Assembly (NCBI GenBank): GCA_965662175.1
Contig: CBFIGT010000027.1
Location: 1 to 23,391, forward strand
DNA length: 23,391 nucleotides
Direction of reading: 5' to 3'
DNA from: Arcobacter sp.
Lineage (GTDB): Bacteria > Campylobacterota > Campylobacteria > Campylobacterales > Arcobacteraceae
This document shows positions 9,481-16,850 of the stretch, in pieces. The notes beneath the pieces are model-generated. The model saw only the letters and a list, made by a program, of their open reading frames with translations. It ran no database searches and was not told the origin of the DNA. The translations under genes and the position numbers were made by a program. Positions within the stretch are counted from its first letter, which is position 1. Every line of letters starts with the position of its first letter.

Positions 9481-9930
9481 CTAATCCCTTATCTGTAATA
9501 ATTTTTTTGTTTGTTTATGTCTATATTCAAACATATTTTCTAGTTGATTTTCCATAAAGCCTGAGAATATATTTCCCAAAAAACCAAAAGGCAACTCATA
9601 CTCAACCACATCTTTTAACTCACAAACATCACCTTTTTTTGTGAAAATGTGTGAATGTCTCCAAAAACTAAATGGAGATTTTATAGCTGTATCAACTAGC
9701 ATATTTGGCTCTTTTATCAAAGAAATCTCTACACTCCAAATAGTTGGAATAAAAAATTTTGTAGTTTTTATATTTAAAACTTCACCCTCTTTTGCAACAA
9801 AGTTTTTATTTAAAAGTTCAACTTTTGTATCTTTTGGAGTAATTTTTTGTATATTATTTGAGTCCAAATGAAAGGCGAAAAGCTTCTCAATAGGACATGA
9901 TATTAATGTTTTTTTTTCATATTTTTTCAT
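9481..9930 (-). CDS. SRPBCC (START-like lipid/ligand-binding) family protein, COG4276-type
   Basis: 'LFAFH...NIQKITP', 'W...I...VD...SPFSFWRHSHIF', 'LKDVVEYELPFGFLG', 'MFEYRH'. ATGA overlap with the peroxidase. Confidence 0.85.
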   Translation of the reverse strand: MKKYEKKTLISCPIEKLFAFHLDSNNIQKITPKDTKVELLNKNFVAKEGEVLNIKTTKFFIPTIWSVEISLIKEPNMLVDTAIKSPFSFWRHSHIFTKKGDVCELKDVVEYELPFGFLGNIFSGFMENQLENMFEYRHKQTKKLLQIRD

Positions 9931-10460
9931 AATAACTCTAAAATATCTTTTTCAATTTCACTAGGTTCTGTTGATGGTGCATATCTTTTTATAACTTCAC
10001 CTTTTTGGTTAACTAAAAACTTTGTAAAGTTCCATTTGATTATTTTACTACCCAAAAAACCTGGTTCTTTCTCTTTTAAGTACTGATATAGTGGATGTGT
10101 ATTTTTACCATTTACATCTATTTTACTAAACATATCAAATTTCACATCATAATTTAGTGAACAAAACTCTTTTATCTCCTCTTCTGTTCCAGGTTCTTGT
10201 GATAAGAACTGATTACAAGGAAAACCTAAAATACTTAAGCCCTTTGAAGCATATTTATTATGTAAGTTTTGTAAGCCCTCATATTGATAGGTATATCCAC
10301 ACTTACTAGCCACATTTACAACTAAGATAACTTTATCTTTATATTTTGATAAACTTATCTCTTCATTATCTATCGTTTTTACTTTTATATTATAAATATC
10401 CATATTTGCAACTCCTAATAAAGGAATAAGAAAAAGAAATAAACTTATTAATTTTTTCAT
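9927..10460 (-). CDS. Cys-type glutathione peroxidase family protein with N-terminal signal peptide
   Basis: 'VNVASKCGYT' (peroxidatic Cys), 'GFPCNQF...QEPG', 'FC' resolving-Cys position, 'KWNFTKFLV'. N-terminus MKKLISLFLFLIPLLGVA resembles a Sec signal. SD AAGGAG. Confidence 0.94.
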   Translation of the reverse strand: MKKLISLFLFLIPLLGVANMDIYNIKVKTIDNEEISLSKYKDKVILVVNVASKCGYTYQYEGLQNLHNKYASKGLSILGFPCNQFLSQEPGTEEEIKEFCSLNYDVKFDMFSKIDVNGKNTHPLYQYLKEKEPGFLGSKIIKWNFTKFLVNQKGEVIKRYAPSTEPSEIEKDILELL

Positions 10461-10483
10461 AGAAACTCCTTCTATTTTTAATT

Positions 10484-10527
10484 ATTTTATCATGAAATAA
10501 TAAGAGTTAATAGTTGTATTCTGTAAG
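10484..10527 (-). promoter_or_regulatory. Putative regulated sigma70 promoter: motif CTTACA-N5-CAACTA, 21 nt, extended -10 TG-A-TAAAAT
   Basis: Minus strand reads CTTACA GAATA CAACTA TTAACTCTTATTATTTCATGA TAAAAT upstream of the peroxidase SD. Confidence 0.68.
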
Positions 10528-10528
10528 T

Positions 10529-11239
10529 TTAAAGACTTCTTCTATCTAAATACTCCCTAAACTCTTTAGCTCCATCTTTAGAACTTGTTACTATTGAATC
10601 AATATCTTCAAAACTAATAGTTAGTTTTGATTGCTCTACGCTTTCCATTGATTTAATTTTATCAACATTTACTATAATTGACCTATGAATTCTAAAAAAC
10701 TTTTTCTTATCAAGAAGTTTTTCCAAATCTCCTATTTTTCTTTTTACATAAACATCTGTATCTTTTATACGAATTATAACCTCATCTAAATCAGCTTTTA
10801 TAAAATATATATCATCTATTTTTATTAAATATATTTTATTTCCCCTTTTTCCTAAAAGTTTTTCATCACTTTGATTACCACTTTGTTTAAAGGCTTTAAT
10901 TTTTTCAAAAACTCTTTTTATTTCACTATTCTCAACAGGCTTTAATAAATAATCAATTCCACCTATTTTAAAAGCCTCAATTGCATACTCACTATAAGCT
11001 GTTTGAAATACAATAAAAGTTTTTGGCTCAATTGAAAGAATAGTATTAGCTAGCTCTAAACCACTCATTTGAGGCATTGATATATCCATAAATATAACAT
11101 CAAACTTTGTTTTTGTAGCTTCAACTAAAGCTTCAGTTGGAGAGTTGAAACTCTTTATATCTTCATAACCCTCATCATTTAAAAGTCTTGTTAATCTACT
11201 TATTGCTAACTTTTCATCATCTACTATCATTATCTTCAT
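10529..11239 (-). CDS. LytR/AlgR-family response regulator (REC + LytTR DNA-binding domain)
   Basis: 'IVDDEKLA', 'FMDISMPQMSGLE', 'FQTAYSEYAIEAF...DYLLKP'. LytTR signature 'FFRIHRSIIVN'. Confidence 0.95.
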   Translation of the reverse strand: MKIMIVDDEKLAISRLTRLLNDEGYEDIKSFNSPTEALVEATKTKFDVIFMDISMPQMSGLELANTILSIEPKTFIVFQTAYSEYAIEAFKIGGIDYLLKPVENSEIKRVFEKIKAFKQSGNQSDEKLLGKRGNKIYLIKIDDIYFIKADLDEVIIRIKDTDVYVKRKIGDLEKLLDKKKFFRIHRSIIVNVDKIKSMESVEQSKLTISFEDIDSIVTSSKDGAKEFREYLDRRSL

Positions 11240-12225
11240 ACATCACTCCTGTGAATTGTAAATTTCATTTTATTATTTTCAATTGAACTCTTTAAATAAC
11301 CTATTTTTAATATTTTTAATCTTTTTTGCAAATTATTAAGTCCAACTCCAAAAACCACATTTGAGGTAATTTTTCCACTATTTACTACTTCTATTCTATC
11401 GGCTTTTACATTAACATCTATTTTTAAATTATCACCCACAAAACCATGTTTTATTGCATTTTCTGCAAGTAATTGAATTGAAAACTTAGGTAGAAGCATA
11501 TCATAATATTTTTCATCACAATTTACATTAAACTCTATTTTCTCATCAAACCTAATATTTTCTATATGTAAATAGGTTTTTACCATTTCTATTTCACTCT
11601 TTAAATCAATCAAACCTTTTTTAGTAATTGCATTTCTTAAAAACTTTGAGAGTTTTAAAACAGACTCTTCTGCTCTTTTTTGGTCTTGATAAATAAGCTC
11701 TGAAATTGAGTTTAAGGCATTAAATAAAAAATGAGGATTTAATTCACTCTCCAAAGCTTCTAGTTTTGTCTCCAAAATCTCACTATTTGCTAACTCATTT
11801 TTGTATTTCATTGAGATAAATTGATGTAAAATCAAACCAATTAAAAATGTCAAAAGTCCTATAGTCATACTAATTGAAAACCAATATGGCTCTATTAAAC
11901 TAACTATTGGAATACTATTTGGAAATAGTAAATATGCTAAAAAAAATCCAAACCAACCAGCTAAAAAAGAGAAAAAGAAACTAATCAAATACCAAAACTT
12001 TTTATTTAAATTTGGCAAAATATAGTAGTTTGAAATGGAGATAAATAAAAAAGAGTTAAAAGAGATTAAAAAAGCACAAAAGGTTGAAAAAAGTATTGTA
12101 GAGATAAAACGAAGCTGCTCATTTATATAATAAAAAACAAGTGAAATTAAAAAACCAAAAAAAATCCCGATTATTATTATATAAACCCAATCTTTTATAG
12201 ATATTTTTAATTCAAAATCTTTCAT
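11236..12225 (-). CDS. LytS/YehU-type (His_kinase family) sensor kinase with about four TM helices and no large periplasmic domain
   Basis: H-box 'LNPHFLFNALNSI', 'YLHIENIRF', 'QLLAENAIKHG', 'GVGLNNLQKRL'. The N-terminal ~135 aa are hydrophobic. ATGA overlap with the regulator. Confidence 0.92.
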   Translation of the reverse strand: MKDFELKISIKDWVYIIIIGIFFGFLISLVFYYINEQLRFISTILFSTFCAFLISFNSFLFISISNYYILPNLNKKFWYLISFFFSFLAGWFGFFLAYLLFPNSIPIVSLIEPYWFSISMTIGLLTFLIGLILHQFISMKYKNELANSEILETKLEALESELNPHFLFNALNSISELIYQDQKRAEESVLKLSKFLRNAITKKGLIDLKSEIEMVKTYLHIENIRFDEKIEFNVNCDEKYYDMLLPKFSIQLLAENAIKHGFVGDNLKIDVNVKADRIEVVNSGKITSNVVFGVGLNNLQKRLKILKIGYLKSSIENNKMKFTIHRSDV

Positions 12226-13633
12226 TTAACTCCTTGTTTAAAACCTTTGCACCAAGTGCAACTCCAGGCCAACCTTGACCTGCAAATATAGTATCACCAA
12301 CATTATATAAACCTTTAAAAGGTGTTTTACAAGATGGCGTTGCTAAAATTGTTTTTGCATTTATGGAACTTCCTCCACAATTTACTCTTCCAATATATCT
12401 TTGAAAAGTCATACTTGTAGCACTAAATGCTTTTGTTATTTCTTCAGCTCTTATATTATCAAAATAAGCCAAAAACTCTTTTATTAAAAACTCTTGAGTT
12501 TTGTTTTTCTCTTTTTTATACTCATCTTTTGATAAGTTTTTCCAAAAAAGTGCTTTTGTATGGCTTGAAATAGTTACTGAGTATCCATTTTTACTAAGTT
12601 TTTCATCTTCAAGTTTTGAAAAAGAGATAAAAAATGAGTTTGAGATACAATTTGGAATATCATTATTTAAAATTATTTGATAATGTTCTAAAAAGGCTTC
12701 TTTACTGTTTATTGTTAAATATAAGGTAAAAGCACTTTGATCTGAAAATTTAAAACTATCATAATATTTATATATTTTAGTATCAAAGAAAAGCTCTTTT
12801 GTATCATAAATTGTAGAGTTTAAAACAACATTTTTTGCAAAATATTTATCTTTGTTACTTACTAGTAAATATCCATCATCTAATCTCTCTATATATTTTA
12901 TCTCTTCATTATTTTGAACATTTACACCTTTTAAAATTCCCTCAATAATATTTCCCATACCTTTATTTGCATAAAATACCTTATGAAAAGGGTAAGAAAG
13001 TCCTAAAGCCATAGATAAAAGCGACACATCTTTTGACTTACTTTGAACTGTTATTAAAAGTTGTGCATCAATAAAACTTTGATACTCTTTTGAAATATCC
13101 CCTAAATTTTCTTTTATAAAACTACTAGCACTTTTAAATAAATCTATTTTAAATGTACTTAATAAACCAATAAATGATTTTAGACTTTTAATATAAGCAT
13201 TTATGCTATGTTTTACAAAATATATATCTTTTTGTTGCCAAAACTTTTCATCTATCTCTTTGATTTTTGACCAAAAAGCTCTATTGTTTTTATTTGGATA
13301 TAAACTATCTATTTTGGCTAAAAACTGTTCAAAATCTTGAATCCTATCCAAAACTTTTCCATTTTGAACTGTTCTTATTGCTATTTGGGACTCTTTTATA
13401 TCAGGTTTAAATCCTATTTCATCAAATATCTCTTTTATAATATGATTATCTTCATAACCTACAAAAGTAGTTGCCCCAGCATTATAATAATTCCCATATC
13501 GCTTAAAAGTACTTGCACATCCACCAAGATTATTATCTTTTTCAAAAAGTATATGATTTTTCTCTTTGTTTAAAGCAGCTATCAAAGCCCCGCCAATTCC
13601 AGAGCCAACTATTGCTAAATCAAGCTTTTTCAT
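12212..13633 (-). CDS. Phytoene-desaturase/CrtD-like FAD-dependent oxidoreductase (COG1233-type)
   Basis: 'IVGSGIGG', 'FEK...LGGCASTFKRYG...NAGAT', 'ATSMTFQRY...G', C-terminal 'TPFKGLYNVGDTIFAGQGWPGVALGA'. Confidence 0.82.
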   Translation of the reverse strand: MKKLDLAIVGSGIGGALIAALNKEKNHILFEKDNNLGGCASTFKRYGNYYNAGATTFVGYEDNHIIKEIFDEIGFKPDIKESQIAIRTVQNGKVLDRIQDFEQFLAKIDSLYPNKNNRAFWSKIKEIDEKFWQQKDIYFVKHSINAYIKSLKSFIGLLSTFKIDLFKSASSFIKENLGDISKEYQSFIDAQLLITVQSKSKDVSLLSMALGLSYPFHKVFYANKGMGNIIEGILKGVNVQNNEEIKYIERLDDGYLLVSNKDKYFAKNVVLNSTIYDTKELFFDTKIYKYYDSFKFSDQSAFTLYLTINSKEAFLEHYQIILNNDIPNCISNSFFISFSKLEDEKLSKNGYSVTISSHTKALFWKNLSKDEYKKEKNKTQEFLIKEFLAYFDNIRAEEITKAFSATSMTFQRYIGRVNCGGSSINAKTILATPSCKTPFKGLYNVGDTIFAGQGWPGVALGAKVLNKELNERF

Positions 13634-14966
13634 TTTTTGCCATTTTAAAAGAGTCTATTGCTTTTTGTCGACTTAATTTTATATCAACAATTGGAGGGAT
13701 ATAGTATGAAAAAAGTCCATTACTTAAAGCACCCTCTTTATGAAAAAGTTTTGAATCCACATCTTTTAGACTTGGAATTACACTTTTTATAAAAATCCCA
13801 TCTTTATCAAATTTTTCAGATTGAGAATAGGGATTAAAAACTCTAAAATATGGAGCCGCATCAGCTCCTGTACTAGCACTCCACTGCCATGAACCAATAT
13901 TTGAACTAGCCTCATAATCAAGAAGTTTTGAAGCAAAATACTCTTCTCCTCTTCTCCAATCTATAAAAAGATTTTTTGTCAAAAATGAAGCAACTATCAT
14001 TCTTAGACGATTTGGCATTGTTCCTGTTTTATTTAGGTGTATCATTGCAGCATCTACAATTGCCACCCCTGTTTTTCCCTCGCACCACTTTATAAAATCA
14101 TCCTCATTTTGATTCCAGTTTAGATTAATTCCATTCCAGTTTTGATTTTCACTTTTTGGAAAATGGTATAAAATATAGTTAAAAAACTCTCTCCAAAAAA
14201 GTTGTCTTATAAAGACCTCTACATTTTTGTGATTTGATTTTTTATATTTATTAAATAGTATTCTAGGGCTTATTGTTCCAAATCTTAAATCAACTCCTAA
14301 ATTTGAGGTTCCATCTTTATAAAAAATATCTCTATTATCTTTATATTCATCTAGTTTTTCTTCAAAGCTATCTACTCTCTCTTTTACACTTAAGGTAAAA
14401 AACTTCTCCAAACTAGCTTTTTTAAAGCCCATCTCTTCTAAACTTGGTATCTCTTTTTTTTCATATTTTATTAGTTTGATATTTGGATTTATTTTTGACT
14501 CAGTTAATTTTGAACTCTCCCATAACCAAGAAAGAGATTTATAAAAAGGTGTAAATACTTTATAAGGGGTTTTATCAGCTTTCAAAGCCTCATTTGGATG
14601 GGTTAAAAAAGAGTCATAAAATCTTCTCATAGGAATAATTTGCTCAATCTCTTCATCTCTTTTTTTTGCATATGAATCAAAATCACAAGAGCATAAGACC
14701 TCATCAAAACCCATAGGTTTTAAGCTATTAAAAACATTTTTAGCTTCATCATAAAAAACATATAAATCAAGTCCAAGATTTTGTAAAGATTTTTTTAAAT
14801 TTAAAACAGCATCATAAATAAAAGTAACTCTTTTATCATCACTTTTTAATTTAGATAAAATGTTTTTATCAAATATAAAAATAGGCATCACTTTGCCACT
14901 AGATTGCTCTAATATTTTATTATCTTCAACTCTTAAATCTCTTCTAAACCAAACTATTTGTTTCAA
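13620..14966 (-). CDS. phrB: Deoxyribodipyrimidine photolyase (class I CPD photolyase-like)
   Basis: 'VWFRRDLRVEDN', 'PYKVFTPFYK', 'RQLFWREF', 'WCEGKTG..IVDAAM', 'NRLRMIVASFLTK', 'IDWR.GE.YF', 'NIGSWQWSASTGADAAPYFRVFNP..QSEKFD'. TTG start with SD AGGGA. Confidence 0.94.
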   Translation of the reverse strand: MKQIVWFRRDLRVEDNKILEQSSGKVMPIFIFDKNILSKLKSDDKRVTFIYDAVLNLKKSLQNLGLDLYVFYDEAKNVFNSLKPMGFDEVLCSCDFDSYAKKRDEEIEQIIPMRRFYDSFLTHPNEALKADKTPYKVFTPFYKSLSWLWESSKLTESKINPNIKLIKYEKKEIPSLEEMGFKKASLEKFFTLSVKERVDSFEEKLDEYKDNRDIFYKDGTSNLGVDLRFGTISPRILFNKYKKSNHKNVEVFIRQLFWREFFNYILYHFPKSENQNWNGINLNWNQNEDDFIKWCEGKTGVAIVDAAMIHLNKTGTMPNRLRMIVASFLTKNLFIDWRRGEEYFASKLLDYEASSNIGSWQWSASTGADAAPYFRVFNPYSQSEKFDKDGIFIKSVIPSLKDVDSKLFHKEGALSNGLFSYYIPPIVDIKLSRQKAIDSFKMAKNEKA

Positions 14967-14988
14967 GCTAATCCCTAATTTTATTTTT

Positions 14989-15032
14989 ATAATATAGGAA
15001 CAATAAGATTTTTGGTAGTTGAAATTTGTAAG
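14989..15032 (-). promoter_or_regulatory. Putative regulated sigma70 promoter: motif CTTACA-N5-CAACTA, 21 nt, -10 TATTAT
   Basis: Minus strand reads CTTACA AATTT CAACTA CCAAAAATCTTATTGTTCCTA TATTAT upstream of phrB. Both hexamers are identical to those at 10511-10527. Confidence 0.68.
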
Positions 15033-15038
15033 ATAATG

Positions 15039-15065
15039 ATAAAAAGAGCTAAAAGCTCTTTTTAT
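15039..15065 (-). terminator. Intrinsic terminator after mltC
   Basis: ATAAAAAGAGCT-AAA-AGCTCTTTTTAT is a perfect inverted repeat with a T-tract on either strand. It lies downstream of mltC and just upstream of the phrB promoter motif. Confidence 0.8.
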
Positions 15066-15117
15066 ATTAGTTCATATCGGGTTTTGAAGTATTTTCTGTA
15101 ATTATTATAATTAAATC

Positions 15118-16284
15118 TTATAGATTTATAAAGTTCTTTTTAAAGTTAATCACTTTTTGCAAATATCTTCTAGTCTCTTCATAAGGAAGTTTTTTTATTA
15201 AAGTATTATAAACATCCAAGGGATTTTTACTATTAATTATCCTTTTTGCACGATTTCTATCTTTATTAAAGGTTTTTAAAACATTTCCACTTCCTGTATT
15301 ATAAGCACTAATTACACAATACTCTTTTGAAATAGGATTAGTAATTCCATCAAGATATTTTTTATCAAGAATTTTTAAATAAGCAGCTCCTAACTCTATA
15401 TTATTACTAGCATCAAAAAGGTATGATTTACTTGGAGTCCAAGATTTACCTTTTGTATATTTGTATGCATCACGACCTGCACTTGTTGGAACTATTTGCA
15501 TAAGCCCATAAGCATTTGCACTACTTACAGCAAATTGATTAAAATTACTCTCTGTTCTTATAATTGCATAAATTAAATTTTCACTTAAATCAAACTTTTT
15601 AGCATATTTTTTAACAAGAGGTTTAAATTTGGCAACCCTAATATCAGCATGGTCTTTTACCATAGGAATATCCACATAATGTACACTTATATTTTTACCA
15701 TTTTTTTCGATACTTTTCTTTTTTATGTTTTTATTTATTAAGATATTAGCAAACCTATTTGCTCTCCATTCATATCTAATCTCCTTATTTTGGTCATCTT
15801 TAACCTCACCTAATAAATAAGGAGTTGCTCCAAGTTTTACACTTTTTGCTTCATATAAATTAACAGCTCGTGGGTCATCGGGAAGTAAAAGTGTAGTTAT
15901 AATTGCATTTTTTAGACTATTTTTATAATCCTTTTCATCAAGAGTCTCAACTCTTACTAAACCCTTATCAAAATCTACTAAAGCTCTACTTTTATAGTTT
16001 TGTAGATATTTAACATACTCTTTCTTTTTTGGGACTTTTACATTCTTCTCACCCCAAATATTTGTAATCTCTTTTACAAAGCTAACAATACTATTTAAAT
16101 CATTTGATAATTTTTTAGGATTTCTTGCATACTCAACTGTTTTATTTTTTGCTATTTGTTTAACAGCACTTGAGGGATCTTTTGTAATTACAGCTTGAGC
16201 AATGTTTTGAACATCACTTACACTACAAGAAGAGAATAAAAAAACAAAACTTAAAACTAAAAGTTTAGTTTTCATTATAATCAT
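15118..16284 (-). CDS. mltC: Membrane-bound lytic murein transglycosylase C-like lipoprotein (DUF3393 + SLT)
   Basis: Lipobox-like 'FSSC', 'YVKYLQNYKSRALVDFDKGLVRVET', SLT motifs 'IIRTESNFN..AVS.ANAYGLMQIVP.SAGRD', 'NNIELGAAYL', 'SAYNTGSG', 'ETRRYL.KV'. The true start may be ATG 16275. Confidence 0.9.
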   Translation of the reverse strand: MIIMKTKLLVLSFVFLFSSCSVSDVQNIAQAVITKDPSSAVKQIAKNKTVEYARNPKKLSNDLNSIVSFVKEITNIWGEKNVKVPKKKEYVKYLQNYKSRALVDFDKGLVRVETLDEKDYKNSLKNAIITTLLLPDDPRAVNLYEAKSVKLGATPYLLGEVKDDQNKEIRYEWRANRFANILINKNIKKKSIEKNGKNISVHYVDIPMVKDHADIRVAKFKPLVKKYAKKFDLSENLIYAIIRTESNFNQFAVSSANAYGLMQIVPTSAGRDAYKYTKGKSWTPSKSYLFDASNNIELGAAYLKILDKKYLDGITNPISKEYCVISAYNTGSGNVLKTFNKDRNRAKRIINSKNPLDVYNTLIKKLPYEETRRYLQKVINFKKNFINL

Positions 16285-16352
16285 TAAAAGAGTTTTTTAT
16301 TAAAGCTATCATATTTATTTCCTTAAAAATAATATTTTAGCTTGTAGGCTAT

Positions 16353-16688
16353 CTACTTTCTGTTTAAACTACAATAATAATTTTCTAATATCTCACATTT
16401 AGTACACTCCAAGGTTCTTTCATCTTTTTCACAAGAAACACAAGGACTTGATTGAGTAAAATCTCTTTTTACAAAGCAATTTGGATTATTAACAGCCATA
16501 TAAGATACATTTTCCACAGGGTCATAGGCTAGTTTCTCCAGTAATTCAGGTGATGAATTTTTATTTCTAGCAACTGCTCTTCTTATATTAGCATCCATAT
16601 TTAATGTGAGTATATTTAAAATATCTAAACTACTAGTACTCTTTGCTATATTTAAAAGCTCTTCTTTTGGCATAACTTGAGTATTCAT
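16353..16688 (-). CDS. Small protein with leucine-rich-repeat-variant (LRV/HEAT-like) repeats and C-terminal CxxC-x8-CxxC
   Basis: 'NIRRAVARNKNSSPELLEKLAYDPVENVSYMAVNNPN' is LRV-like, followed by 'CVSCEKDERTLECTKC'. ATG 16688 has SD AAAGGA, so it is preferred over the TTG 16724 in the ORF track. Confidence 0.72.
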   Translation of the reverse strand: MNTQVMPKEELLNIAKSTSSLDILNILTLNMDANIRRAVARNKNSSPELLEKLAYDPVENVSYMAVNNPNCFVKRDFTQSSPCVSCEKDERTLECTKCEILENYYCSLNRK

Positions 16689-16715
16689 TTTACATCCTTT
16701 AAATTTAATAATAAA

Positions 16716-16747
16716 ATTATACAATAAAAAAGTGTTAAAAAAGTGTT
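16716..16747 (-). promoter_or_regulatory. Promoter of LRV gene: -10 TATAAT with a perfect 11-bp tandem repeat immediately upstream
   Basis: Plus strand TAAAAAAGTGT occurs twice (16725-16735 and 16736-16746). Minus-strand TATAAT at 16716-16721. Confidence 0.55.
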
Positions 16748-16850
16748 GTTTTTCAACTAATTAGTATAAAAATACTTATGGCAAACAAATTTAAATAATA
16801 TTTTAAATAAAACTATACTTGATATTTTAGTTATTTATTATACTTTTTTA

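Noticed and set aside
15066..15117. Sigma28-like TACA-N15-CCCGATAT on the minus strand after mltC
   Set aside because: It would fire directly into the terminator about 20 nt downstream, and the match is imperfect. No evidence for an sRNA.
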